Source: Candidatus Latescibacterota bacterium
GTDB lineage: Bacteria; Latescibacterota; UBA2968; UBA8231
Direction: 5' to 3'
Length of the DNA: 64,000 nucleotides
NCBI GenBank assembly: GCA_965203175.1
Contig: OZ241867.1
Coordinates: 6,080,001 to 6,144,000 of the forward strand
Position numbers and translations under genes: made by a program. The notes beneath the pieces are model-generated. The model saw only the letters and a program-made list of their open reading frames with translations, was not told the origin of the DNA and ran no database searches. The stretch's first letter is position 1; every line of letters begins with the position of its first letter. Positions 26,708-36,446 of this stretch are shown here, in pieces.

Positions 26708-28660
26708 TTGAGCACGACTTCATCCACTCCGCACCGGCCCGGCCTCCGCGCCCTCCTCGTCGGCGCAGCCGGTGCCTGGGCCATTGGTGCTGGCGTCCCG
26801 TATTGCAACATGGTGCTCCACGGCTCCCGGATCGCCTCGTACTTCAACACGCCAGCCGCCATCATTCTCTTCTTCTTTCTGGTTTTTGTCGGCAACACCT
26901 TGCTGGGGTTGGCGCGGCGCTCGTGGATGCTGAGTCGGGCCGAGTTGGCGCTCATCTACATCATGTGGATCGTCGCCACCTCAATTCCCGAATGGGGGCT
27001 TACCGCCTTTCTCCTGCCCGATATCACCAGCGTCATCTATTATGCCACCCCCGAGAACAACTGGGCCGAGCTCCTCCACCCACTCATTCCCGATTGGATC
27101 ATCCCCCACCACGACTTCGACCAGATCAAGAACTTCTACGAAGGCGCGCCGCAGGGCCAAGGCATCCCGTGGGCGTTGTGGCTGTCCCCGCTGGCGTTGT
27201 GGGTACCTTTCGTGCTGGCACTCTACGTGGCGATGATTTCCATTGTGGTTGTCTTGCGCAAACAGTGGATCGAGAACGAACGCCTAATCTTCCCGCTGGT
27301 CCAGCTCCCCATCGCCATGCTCCAAGAAGAAAATCAGCGCCCCGGATTACTCAATGCCTTTTTCAAAAATCCGCTGATGTGGATCGGCTTTGCCATACCC
27401 GCCTTGATCCAGAGCGTCAATGGCCTCAATCACTATTTCCCCTACTTCCCCCGCGTCGGTCTCGGCACCTCAGTCCCGCTCTTCCGCGACAGCATCCAGG
27501 TTCCGCTCCGGCTCAGCTTCCAGATGCTGGGTTTTTCCTACTTCGTCAACCGCGACATAGCCTTTGGGCTGTGCTTCTTCTATCTGCTCAACACCGTTCA
27601 GCAGGGCATCTTCAACGTACTCGGCGTCCAGAAGATCGATCCCGTACTCGGAGCCTATAGTACCTATACGGGTTCGATCGTCGTCCACCAGGGATTCGGG
27701 GCTATCATCGCGCTAGTTCTCTTCGGCCTGTGGAATGCCCGCGACCACCTGCGCGCGGTCTGGCGCAAAGCGATCTCCGGCACCCCCGACATCGACGACT
27801 CCGGCGAAATTCTCTCCTACCGGACTGCACTCTTGCTGCTAGCGGGCAGCCTGACCTTTATGGGCGTGTGGCTCTGGCAGTCAGGGCTGCCCCCTTGGGT
27901 TACCCCCATCTATCTCTTTTTTGCCTTTGTTCTCTTCTTAGGTATCACCCGCGTCGTCGCCGAAGGAGGCTTGGCCTTTATCTTCGCGCCGATGATCGCC
28001 TCGGATTTCGTCGCCGCCGGCTTTGGCACCCGCACCATCGGCTCTTCCGGCGTCATGGCCTTGGCCTTTACATACATATGGGCCAGCGACATTCTCACCT
28101 TTGTCATGGCCTCTTGCGCCAATGGTCTCAAACTCGCCGAGGAAACCATAAAAAAAGGACGCCGCATCGTCTTTTGGGGCATCCTCTTGGCCATCCTCGT
28201 GACCCTCTTTAGCTCGATCTGGGCCATCCTCGATCTAGGCTATCGCTACGGGGGGATCAACACCGATTCCTTCTTCTTTGGCGGCGCGGCGCGCTACCCC
28301 TTTGACAACGCTGCCGCGCGGCTGCAATCCCTCGACGGCCCGCATTGGGAAAACTGGATATATACAACTATTGGTGCGGGTGCCATGGTACTTTTGCTGG
28401 CCGCCCGCCAGCACATCTCTTGGTGGCCTTTCCACCCGTTGGGTTTTCCGATCAGCGCCGTCTTTGGCACGATGTTTTTTAGCGTGTTCCTAGCTTGGCT
28501 CTGCAAGACCCTCGTCCTGCGCTACGGAGGTCCGGCACTCTATCTCAAAACCCGGCCCTTCTTCATGGGCCTGATTCTCGGTCAGTTCGTCACGGCCGGC
28601 ATCTGGTATGCCATAGACTACTGGGTCGGCGAAAGCGGCAACTCCGTAATGAGTTGGTAG
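26708..28660 (+). CDS. DUF6785/DUF6784-type polytopic membrane protein (putative transporter)
   Basis: Many TM helices; RKQWIENERLIFPLVQLP, WWPFHPLGF, LRYGG..LY..RPFF.GLILG. Confidence 0.72.
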   Translation: MSTTSSTPHRPGLRALLVGAAGAWAIGAGVPYCNMVLHGSRIASYFNTPAAIILFFFLVFVGNTLLGLARRSWMLSRAELALIYIMWIVATSIPEWGLTAFLLPDITSVIYYATPENNWAELLHPLIPDWIIPHHDFDQIKNFYEGAPQGQGIPWALWLSPLALWVPFVLALYVAMISIVVVLRKQWIENERLIFPLVQLPIAMLQEENQRPGLLNAFFKNPLMWIGFAIPALIQSVNGLNHYFPYFPRVGLGTSVPLFRDSIQVPLRLSFQMLGFSYFVNRDIAFGLCFFYLLNTVQQGIFNVLGVQKIDPVLGAYSTYTGSIVVHQGFGAIIALVLFGLWNARDHLRAVWRKAISGTPDIDDSGEILSYRTALLLLAGSLTFMGVWLWQSGLPPWVTPIYLFFAFVLFLGITRVVAEGGLAFIFAPMIASDFVAAGFGTRTIGSSGVMALAFTYIWASDILTFVMASCANGLKLAEETIKKGRRIVFWGILLAILVTLFSSIWAILDLGYRYGGINTDSFFFGGAARYPFDNAAARLQSLDGPHWENWIYTTIGAGAMVLLLAARQHISWWPFHPLGFPISAVFGTMFFSVFLAWLCKTLVLRYGGPALYLKTRPFFMGLILGQFVTAGIWYAIDYWVGESGNSVMSW

Positions 28661-28666
28661 CTTAGC

Positions 28667-30811
28667 TCAGTACGCCAGTGAGAGGGTTCCCACTTGTACT
28701 TCTTCGCCGCTGTCGGCACCGAGGGCAATCCGGTATAAATAGATTCCCGGCCTCACCGTGACGCCCTGATCGTCCATCCCATCCCAAGCTAGGATGCTGG
28801 ACTCTTCCCCGAAAAGGCCGCGCACCGCATTTTGCTCCTGCAGTTGTCGCACTCGACGCCCCGATAAATCATATATATTGACCGTCAGCATCCGCGGGGT
28901 GGAGACCTCGTGCAACTGAAATTGGAATCGCGCCCAGTCGTTGATCCCATCTCCGTTCGGCGTAAACGGGTTGGGCGCGACCTCTACCTCCGCTAAGAGC
29001 GCCTCACCCAGCCCGACCGTGCGCACCCCCAGCGCATTACCTGGAAAGTCAACGGTTGCGTCTCCGGGAGAAATGAGCTGCTTGACCTCGTTGGCGGTGC
29101 TGTCGAATATCCAGCCCTGAAACTGAGTGCCATAGCGCACTACCCGCGCATCGAATTCTACCTCGATTAGCTTGAATGTATCCCCCTGTCCGGCCAACTT
29201 CGGAAAACCGACGACGATGCGGTCATCGAGTATTTCGGGCGGATGTGTGTCGCTGACTTCGACGCCATCGACCCGCACAGAGCGCACTGCGTTGACCCGC
29301 GTCAGCGTAAAGATCTCCAGCCGGTCAAAACCGTGGCCCGCGTCCAATGTCGGCAGCACGCTATAGGTGAACGCGGTGCTCTCGGTGCGCGACGCGTCCA
29401 GCGGCCAGATTTCGCCCACCACCTCCAAAGCCGCTGGCCGCGCAAATTGTATCTCTAGCTCCTGCAACTTCGTGCTCTGATCGACGGTTGACAGCACCAA
29501 AAGCTGGAACTGAAAGTAGCGCGAAGGCCCCGGCGAGAGGATCTCAGTACCGTCCGTCCAAGCGGAGGACGGTTGCGCGGGATCGGCCAGTCCCGCCTCC
29601 CACGGATAAGGTGCCGACCAGAAACTCCAGTGTCGCTCGTCCAACGTGGTAAAGCGCTTCTTGATGTTGCCGCGCTCGTATTCCTTCCGGGTTATAGCCT
29701 TGAACTCACCGGCAACCTCACTAGGCAACCAGTAGAGGTTGGGATCGCTATCGCTACCGGAGCGGGTGCGAATCAGAATTTTGCTGTCCGGATCGTGGTC
29801 GCCCTTCCAGCGGATCTTGCCCCAGGCCATCTCCTCGCCAAAGTCGAGTACCGCGCTGGTGTAGATGGCGCGTGGCACGTAGCCTTTACCGAAAATCTGG
29901 AACTCGGCGATCTCCCAGTTGGAGGTTGGGTAGAGCGGACGAATCGTGATCCATTGGAGAGACTGCAAGGGGAACCGGGCATCGAGGATGGTTGCTTGGC
30001 TTTCTGTATCGCGACGCAAAATAGTCAGACGCGAATCGTTCTTGGAATCTACTTCGCGCGGAGAAATACCTTTAAACCAAGGGCTGTCTTCGGTCCTAAA
30101 GGAAGCATGAGCGGCGAAGTTTTGCACGCTATTGGCACCGGCGATTTCAAACCACGGCAGAAAATTGTCGGAAAAATCCTCTTCGCCGAGTGCCTCTTTA
30201 TCTAGCTTGGGAGGAGCCATCTCCGCGATGATTTGGTCAATTTTGATATCGTTTTTGGACAAGCGAGGAAAGAACCGCACCCGATTAATCGGGTAGTCAG
30301 CTCCTAGGTCGACGATTAGGTTCTGGACGACGAACTGGCTCCGAATCTCTGGATCGTCCGTACTGCTAGCAGCAAAGAAGGCTGCCGTCTGGGGATCGCC
30401 GTCGAACATCGGCCGGATCCTTTCGATCACGCCTGTAGTGTGATTGCCCCCGCCCACGGCGATATTATCGTACAGCCCGCGTGGAATCCGGTTGCGCACC
30501 CCGTCTTGCGCCAAATTCAAGGTGTCCGGCACCCAGAAGGGGCGCATCCAGAGCCCTCCAGTGCTATCGACGTTCACCATCAGCGTGTCATTCCACGTAG
30601 GGTGGGAGTCTGGAGCACTGAATGGCACCCGATCCTGGATTTGGCCATCCGGTCCGATAACCAGGTACTCCCCAGGCTCATAAGATATCGCCGCCGACCA
30701 CGGGTTTCCGTCCTCTCCCCCGAGCCGATAGACGTTATATGCTTCTGCCAGCGTCGCCGCAAAAGCGAGCGCTCCACAGGCTACCAACGATACTCGTCGC
30801 AAGGTATTCAT
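28667..30811 (-). CDS. Large exported protein with C-terminal FlgD-Ig/CHU_C-like domain (paralog 3)
   Basis: ATG 30811 after an AGGAG RBS gives a signal peptide (AEA-Y); VDLG...RVRFFPR, RTRSG, WSFWS, SPGPSRY, EIWP, PNPFTPNGDGIND, ends LSLAY. Confidence 0.78.
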   Translation of the reverse strand: MNTLRRVSLVACGALAFAATLAEAYNVYRLGGEDGNPWSAAISYEPGEYLVIGPDGQIQDRVPFSAPDSHPTWNDTLMVNVDSTGGLWMRPFWVPDTLNLAQDGVRNRIPRGLYDNIAVGGGNHTTGVIERIRPMFDGDPQTAAFFAASSTDDPEIRSQFVVQNLIVDLGADYPINRVRFFPRLSKNDIKIDQIIAEMAPPKLDKEALGEEDFSDNFLPWFEIAGANSVQNFAAHASFRTEDSPWFKGISPREVDSKNDSRLTILRRDTESQATILDARFPLQSLQWITIRPLYPTSNWEIAEFQIFGKGYVPRAIYTSAVLDFGEEMAWGKIRWKGDHDPDSKILIRTRSGSDSDPNLYWLPSEVAGEFKAITRKEYERGNIKKRFTTLDERHWSFWSAPYPWEAGLADPAQPSSAWTDGTEILSPGPSRYFQFQLLVLSTVDQSTKLQELEIQFARPAALEVVGEIWPLDASRTESTAFTYSVLPTLDAGHGFDRLEIFTLTRVNAVRSVRVDGVEVSDTHPPEILDDRIVVGFPKLAGQGDTFKLIEVEFDARVVRYGTQFQGWIFDSTANEVKQLISPGDATVDFPGNALGVRTVGLGEALLAEVEVAPNPFTPNGDGINDWARFQFQLHEVSTPRMLTVNIYDLSGRRVRQLQEQNAVRGLFGEESSILAWDGMDDQGVTVRPGIYLYRIALGADSGEEVQVGTLSLAY

Positions 30812-31023
30812 TGCGCTGCTCTCCTGGCTAATGTCTGGATCAGCTTCTATAATGAGGGAGAATATAATAAAGACTATAGCAGCTGGCACGATAAAACGGC
30901 CTACCATATAGACACTACTGTAGTCCATCTGGCGGCGGCGACACCCCTGCGCTAACTTTATTTTTTACGCGGAACCTCGCTCCGCACCGCAACATCTATA
31001 TAACGATCCCAAGCCTAATCCCT

Positions 31024-34000
31024 ATGGACCATAGTTCACTCTCACCCCTTCTCACCCACTTAGCCGCACTGCGCCGCCGCGCCTTGGGCCTAACCATATT
31101 CTCTGCGTTGGCCTTGGGTCTAGCCGCAAGCTTGATGTCTGTCTTGCTGTGGGTCCTGCTCGAAGCGCTTTTTTTTCTCTCACCACCTTGGCGCACGGGC
31201 TTGGGCATCTTGGCACTTTTGGCTACCGGAGGGGCACTGGCATTTGCTCTCAAGCGGCACCTGCCCGTTCTCCTCTCGCAGCACCGCTTCGCCCTCTTCG
31301 TCGAACGGCGCTGTCCTCCGCTCCAACAGCGGCTAATTAGCGCCTTAGAGCTATCTGATACAGACCCATCTCTTCACTCGCCCGCGCTGCTTGCGGCTGC
31401 GAGCGAGAGGGCCGCCGCCCTCTTGCGCGCCGCCAATCCGGCCCAAATCCTCGACCGTCAGCCGCTCTACGCCTACTTGCGCCTGCTTGGCAGCGCAACG
31501 GCTGTCGTGCTTCTTTGCGGCGCGCTGTTTGGCAACGATCTAGCCCAAGCCGCTCAGCGCTGCGCCCATCCGCTCACCGCGTACGAGCGACCGCCGCGCA
31601 CCCTGATCACCGTCCGTCCCGGAAACCTCGAAATCATCAAGGGCGAAGACGCTACCCTGCAAGTGCATTTTGCTGGCGACAAGCCGCGCCGCGCCCGCAT
31701 CGTGCGCCGCGCAAGCGCAGAAGCACCCTACCAAATCGAAGAGCTCGTGGTCAATCGCGCCGACTCCGTCACCTACACCTTTCCCCAAGTCCAGCGATCC
31801 TTCCACTACGCCATCGCAGTCGGCGACGACCGCTCGCCCGAATACGAGGTGCGAGTCATCGACCCTCCGGCCGTCAAGCGCTTGCGCCTGCACTACCAGT
31901 ACCCTGCTTATAGCCAACTGCCCGACCGCATTGAAGAAGAAAGCGGCGACATCCAGGGCCTGCCCGGTACCCGCGTCGCCTTTGAAATCACGGCTAACAA
32001 GCCCCTGTCCAAGGCCGCCTTGGTCCTCGACGACACCTTGTCGTTAGCCGCCCAACTCGACGGCGCGACCGCCCGCATCGCCTTACAAATCGAGCGCACG
32101 GGTGCGTACCACATCGACCTCGTCGATCGCAAAGGCGCGACAAACCGCGACCCCATCCGCTACGCCATCCAAGTGCGCGAAGACCAGAAGCCAGTAGTCG
32201 CCATCACCGATCCCGGCCGCGACAGCGATCTGCCCGAGGCCCTCAAGGTTCTACTCAAGGCCGAGGCCAGCGACGACTTTTCCGTCGAGGAAATCGCCTT
32301 GGTCTATCGAGTCAACAACAGTCCCGAACAGCGCCAAGTCCTATCCATCAATCCCCAGCGCGAGGTGCTCGTCAGCTACATCTGGGACCTATCAGCCGCC
32401 AACCTCTTGCCCGAAGACCGCATCTACTACCACTTAGAAGCCCTCGACAACAATCAAGTGGCCGGCCCGCAAAAGGGTCAGAGCCGCCAGTACGTGCTGC
32501 GCTTCCCCTCCCTGTATGAACTCTACGCAGAGGCCGATCAAGCCCAGGAGGAACAACTCTCCTCCTTGGAGGAACTCGCAGCCGAGGGACAGGCTCATCA
32601 GGAGTACATCGAGCGAGTGCGCCGCGAACTGCTCAAAAGCGAGGAACTGAGTTGGGAGCAAAAGAAAGAACTCGAATCAACGCTTGCGGCCGAGGCTGAG
32701 CGCGCCCGCGCCGTAGAGGAACTAGCGGCTGAGTTGGAGAAAACCATCGACTCCATGCAGGACGAGGGCACGGGCAGCGAAGAGTTGCTCGACAAGCTCG
32801 ACCACATCCGCGAGCTCATGGGCGACATTGCCACCCCTGAAATGCAGCAGGCCCTCGCCGAACTGCAAAAAGCTGCCACCAACCCAGACCCCCAAGCCCT
32901 CGCCGACGCCCTCAAGCGCTTTAACGAAGACCAGCAAGCCTTCCAGCAACGGCTCGACCGCACCATTGCCCTGCTCAAACAGGTGCGGACTGAGCAGCAG
33001 TTGCGCGCCATCGTCGAGCAAGCCGCGGAATTAGCCCGACGCCAGAGCCAAATCAACCGCGAGCTTGCGGACGGCCAGAGCGGCCTGCGCCAGCAGCTAC
33101 AGGAGGGCAGTTTGCAGCGCGACACCGAGCGACTCGCCGAGCAGCTACAGGAACTGAGCGATTCCACAGCCGAGCAAAATACCGCGCTCTCTGAACAGCT
33201 AGCGCACCGCGCCGAGGACGTAGAGAACAAGGCCCTCTCCGAGCGCATGCGCCAGATGGTGCGCCAGATGCGAGCCAAATCCCCAGGTGCAGCCCAGCAG
33301 ACCGGACAGGCCCTAGCCGCAGACCTTGACGCACTAGCCGAGGATTTGCAGCAGATGCAAGACGAATACCTCGCCGCAGAAAAGGACCAACTCAGCCGCG
33401 AACTGCGCCGCGCCATGCGCGACCTCGTCCAGTTATCCCAACGCCAAGAGAGCCTGTTCGGCAACGCCCGCGCCCAAGACCAAGTCGCGCTCATGCAAGG
33501 CACGAGCCAAGTCGTGGAGCGCATCGCTGCCGTGGGTCGGCGCACCTTAGCCCTCGCTCCCAATCTGAGCGCAACCATTGGCTACGCTCTGCGCGAGATG
33601 CACGACGCAGCGCAGCGCCTCGGCCAGCGGGATGTGCAGGGAGCGCGCCATCCCCAGAGGAAGGCCATGCGCTATCTCAACGAGACCGTTCTACTCCTGC
33701 GCGAGAGCCTCGACAACCTCGCCAAGGCGCAAACCCCTTCGGCCTTTGCCGAGGCCATGCAGCAGTTGCTCGGCCTCTCCGAACAGCAGAGCCAACTCAA
33801 CCAAGCATCCGAACAGGCCATGGGCCAGATGCCCGGCCCTTCACTCCAGCAGCAAATCGCACGCCTCAGCGCCCAACAGCAGGGCCTCATGCAGGCGCTC
33901 GACGAGATCTCTCGCTCGCTGCGCGGGCACCGAGGGGCGCAACAGCGCGTGCAAGCCATACAGGATGAGATGCGAGACGTGCTCGCCGACTTGCAGCGCG

Positions 34001-34296
34001 GGCGGCTCAACCAGCGCACGCGGCAAAACCAGGAGCGCATCTACCAGCGCATGCTCGACGCCAGCCGCTCCATCCACAGCCGCGGCTTTGATGAGAAGCG
34101 GCGCAGCATCACAGCCACCGACCAGCCCTACGCCGGCCCAACTGCCCTACCCACGGATCGCGGGCAGACGCCCGACCTGTGGCGCGAAGCTCTGCGCCAA
34201 GCGCTCGCCGGCCCCTATCCCGAGGAGTACCGCGCCTTGCTCCGGCGCTACTACGACCAAATCTACCAAGACCTACAAGCACGCGAAGCCCCATGA
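31024..34296 (+). CDS. DUF4175-family membrane protein (TM helices, Ig-like domains, Q/E-rich coiled coil)
   Basis: N-terminal TMs, RLISALEL, YPAYSQLP, ASDDF, long Gln-rich helical tail ending PEEYRALLRRYY. Confidence 0.75.
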   Translation: MDHSSLSPLLTHLAALRRRALGLTIFSALALGLAASLMSVLLWVLLEALFFLSPPWRTGLGILALLATGGALAFALKRHLPVLLSQHRFALFVERRCPPLQQRLISALELSDTDPSLHSPALLAAASERAAALLRAANPAQILDRQPLYAYLRLLGSATAVVLLCGALFGNDLAQAAQRCAHPLTAYERPPRTLITVRPGNLEIIKGEDATLQVHFAGDKPRRARIVRRASAEAPYQIEELVVNRADSVTYTFPQVQRSFHYAIAVGDDRSPEYEVRVIDPPAVKRLRLHYQYPAYSQLPDRIEEESGDIQGLPGTRVAFEITANKPLSKAALVLDDTLSLAAQLDGATARIALQIERTGAYHIDLVDRKGATNRDPIRYAIQVREDQKPVVAITDPGRDSDLPEALKVLLKAEASDDFSVEEIALVYRVNNSPEQRQVLSINPQREVLVSYIWDLSAANLLPEDRIYYHLEALDNNQVAGPQKGQSRQYVLRFPSLYELYAEADQAQEEQLSSLEELAAEGQAHQEYIERVRRELLKSEELSWEQKKELESTLAAEAERARAVEELAAELEKTIDSMQDEGTGSEELLDKLDHIRELMGDIATPEMQQALAELQKAATNPDPQALADALKRFNEDQQAFQQRLDRTIALLKQVRTEQQLRAIVEQAAELARRQSQINRELADGQSGLRQQLQEGSLQRDTERLAEQLQELSDSTAEQNTALSEQLAHRAEDVENKALSERMRQMVRQMRAKSPGAAQQTGQALAADLDALAEDLQQMQDEYLAAEKDQLSRELRRAMRDLVQLSQRQESLFGNARAQDQVALMQGTSQVVERIAAVGRRTLALAPNLSATIGYALREMHDAAQRLGQRDVQGARHPQRKAMRYLNETVLLLRESLDNLAKAQTPSAFAEAMQQLLGLSEQQSQLNQASEQAMGQMPGPSLQQQIARLSAQQQGLMQALDEISRSLRGHRGAQQRVQAIQDEMRDVLADLQRGRLNQRTRQNQERIYQRMLDASRSIHSRGFDEKRRSITATDQPYAGPTALPTDRGQTPDLWREALRQALAGPYPEEYRALLRRYYDQIYQDLQAREAP

Positions 34297-35114
34297 GAAT
34301 ACCCGCCCTCATCTGCGCCCTCGGCCTGTGGAGCGCGACTGCTGCGACCGCCAACCTGCAGGCACAAGTCGAGCAAGCGCGTCTATTGCTAGAGCACGAC
34401 GCACAGGCGGCCTGCAGCGCCCTGCAATCAGTAGTCGAAGCTCCACAGCGCGGCCCGTGGACCGAACCGGCCCGGCTACTGATAGCCGAGTGCAGCCTGC
34501 GCCTTGGTGACCTAGATCGCGCAGATAGCTTGTGGGCGGACTTGGAAAGGCGCGGCGGTCCGGCTGCGTACGCGGCTCGCTATCACCGCGCCGAACTGCT
34601 CTACTTCCGCGGCGACTTTGCCGCAGCTACAGCCGCCTTGGCCACGCTAGGTGCTACCGACCCGAACCACGTCCTCGCCAACGATGGCCTCGCCCTGCTG
34701 ACCGTATGCGAAGAATACGCCGAGTCCGATGGCCTCGCCGATCTCAGTCGCGCTCAGCTTCTAGAGCGACAAGGACAGAGCAAAGCGGCCGACGTGCACT
34801 GGACAGCCCTCGAAGAGGGTGCCGACCCGGGCCTTGCTGAGTGGAGCTTGCTCATCCGCGCCGAATTGCGCGCGCAACAAGATCGTTCTGACGAGGCCAT
34901 GGCCCTGTACCAGCGACAAATCGCCCGCTTCCCCCAAGGCGAACACATCGTCGCCGCCCATCTCGGCCTAGCCGCGCTCTACGAGCGCCAAGGCGCGATT
35001 GAGCAGGCCCTCAAGATCTGCGAGACCGCGCTCCTCCAACACCCGCACGACGCCCGCGCCCCAGAGGTGCGCCTGCGCATCGAGCGGCTCCGCCACCTGC
35101 GCGAAAGCGGCTGA
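34293..35114 (+). CDS. Exported TPR protein
   Basis: ATG overlaps the DUF4175 stop; signal peptide; TPR pattern; ANDGLAL and FPQG motifs. Confidence 0.75.
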   Translation: MRIPALICALGLWSATAATANLQAQVEQARLLLEHDAQAACSALQSVVEAPQRGPWTEPARLLIAECSLRLGDLDRADSLWADLERRGGPAAYAARYHRAELLYFRGDFAAATAALATLGATDPNHVLANDGLALLTVCEEYAESDGLADLSRAQLLERQGQSKAADVHWTALEEGADPGLAEWSLLIRAELRAQQDRSDEAMALYQRQIARFPQGEHIVAAHLGLAALYERQGAIEQALKICETALLQHPHDARAPEVRLRIERLRHLRESG

Positions 35115-35118
35115 TCCC

Positions 35119-36378
35119 ATGCCCATTCTCTTTGCCTTAGCCCTTTGTACCCTTGCCCTCCTCCCGGCCCGCGCCGAACAGATCCTCGTGCCTATGGACA
35201 CCTCCCAGCGCGACCATCTCCGGGCCTACGGCCTCGCTTATTGGACCTTGGAACGCGGCATTCCGGTCGAGTGGTTGCTCAACTACCGCGGCGGCGCATT
35301 CCTCGTCGAAGCACACGCCCTCATCGCCAGCGAAGCCGTTCTGCGCGGCGTCAGCACCGAGCACATCTCCGAGGCCCAAGCCGCCCAGATCTACGCGGAG
35401 ATCGATGCGTCCAACATGGAAGTCGTGCGCTTGGAAAAGGTGCCGAAAATTGCCGTGTACACGCCGCCCAACAAACAACCCTGGGACGACGCAGTGACCC
35501 TCGCGCTGGAATACGCCCAAATCGACTACGAAAAAATCTGGGACGACGAAGTGCTCCAAGGCGCGCTCGACGACTACGACTGGCTGCACCTGCACCACGA
35601 GGACTTCACCGGCCAGTACGGCAAGTTCTACGGCTCCTACAGCAATCAGATATGGTACCGCGAACAGCAAGTCTCGTACGAGCAGATGGCGCGCCGCCTC
35701 GGCTACGCCAAAGTCTCCGAACAAAAGAAGGCCGTAGTCGTCAAAATTTACGAGTACATGGCGGCGGGCGGCTTCCTCTTCGCCATGTGCTCGGCCACCG
35801 ACACCTTTGACATCGCCCTCGCCGCGCTCGACGTAGATATATGCCACGCGGTCTTCGACGGCGACGCAGCCGACCCCAACGCCCAAGCCCAGCTCGACTT
35901 CAGCCGCACCGTGGCCTTTGAGAACTTCGTCCTCGAAACCAACCCACTCGTGTACGAATTCTCAAACATCGACACCACGCCGGACGACATGCGCCGAATC
36001 CGCACGGCCGAGGCCGAGTACTTCACGCTGTTCGAGTTCTCTGCCAAATACGATCCCGTGCCGACGATGCTCACCCAGTGCCACACCAACATCGTCGATG
36101 GTTTCCTCGGCCAGACCACGGCCTTCCGCCAGTCGCTGATCAAGGACTCGGTCATCCTCCTCGGCCAAGAAGAGGGCACCGACAGTGTCAAGTACATCCA
36201 CGGCCGCGTCGGCAAGGGCACCTTCACTTTCTACGCCGGCCACGACCCAGAAGACCACAGGCACCACGTCCACGACCCGCCGACCAACCTCACCCTGCAC
36301 CCCAATTCGCCCGGCTATCGGCTGATCTTGAACAACGTGCTTTTCCCAGCGGCGAAGAAAAAAGAGCGCAAGACCTGA
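35119..36378 (+). CDS. Conserved exported FCB-group protein with a class-I GATase-like fold (often mislabelled asparagine synthetase B)
   Basis: ILVPMD..QRDHLRAYG, WLLNYRGGAF, QPWDDAVTLAL, HLHHEDFTGQYGKF, GGFLFAMCSATD, GHDPED, SPGYRLILNN. Confidence 0.75.
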   Translation: MPILFALALCTLALLPARAEQILVPMDTSQRDHLRAYGLAYWTLERGIPVEWLLNYRGGAFLVEAHALIASEAVLRGVSTEHISEAQAAQIYAEIDASNMEVVRLEKVPKIAVYTPPNKQPWDDAVTLALEYAQIDYEKIWDDEVLQGALDDYDWLHLHHEDFTGQYGKFYGSYSNQIWYREQQVSYEQMARRLGYAKVSEQKKAVVVKIYEYMAAGGFLFAMCSATDTFDIALAALDVDICHAVFDGDAADPNAQAQLDFSRTVAFENFVLETNPLVYEFSNIDTTPDDMRRIRTAEAEYFTLFEFSAKYDPVPTMLTQCHTNIVDGFLGQTTAFRQSLIKDSVILLGQEEGTDSVKYIHGRVGKGTFTFYAGHDPEDHRHHVHDPPTNLTLHPNSPGYRLILNNVLFPAAKKKERKT

Positions 36379-36446
36379 GCGGGGAAAGGGAAGGGCTGTG
36401 CAACTTGCTCAAAGGAAGTTTAGAACCTTTTAGTAAAGGAGTTCCC

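Noticed and set aside
10422-30811. Diversity-generating retroelement or invertase-driven variation of the paralogs
   Set aside because: No reverse transcriptase, template/variable repeat pair or recombinase was seen; the paralogs look diverged at the DNA level.
35119-36378. True asparagine synthetase B
   Set aside because: No N-terminal Cys Ntn-glutaminase domain and no SGGLDS synthetase motif; it has a signal peptide.
36078-36446. N-terminal extensions in the ORF track (also 34179, 34999, 37853, 45789, 50536, 53371, 26549, 30928, 61082, 62547)
   Set aside because: They overlap upstream genes or promoters; downstream starts give RBS and signal-peptide or family-consistent N-termini.
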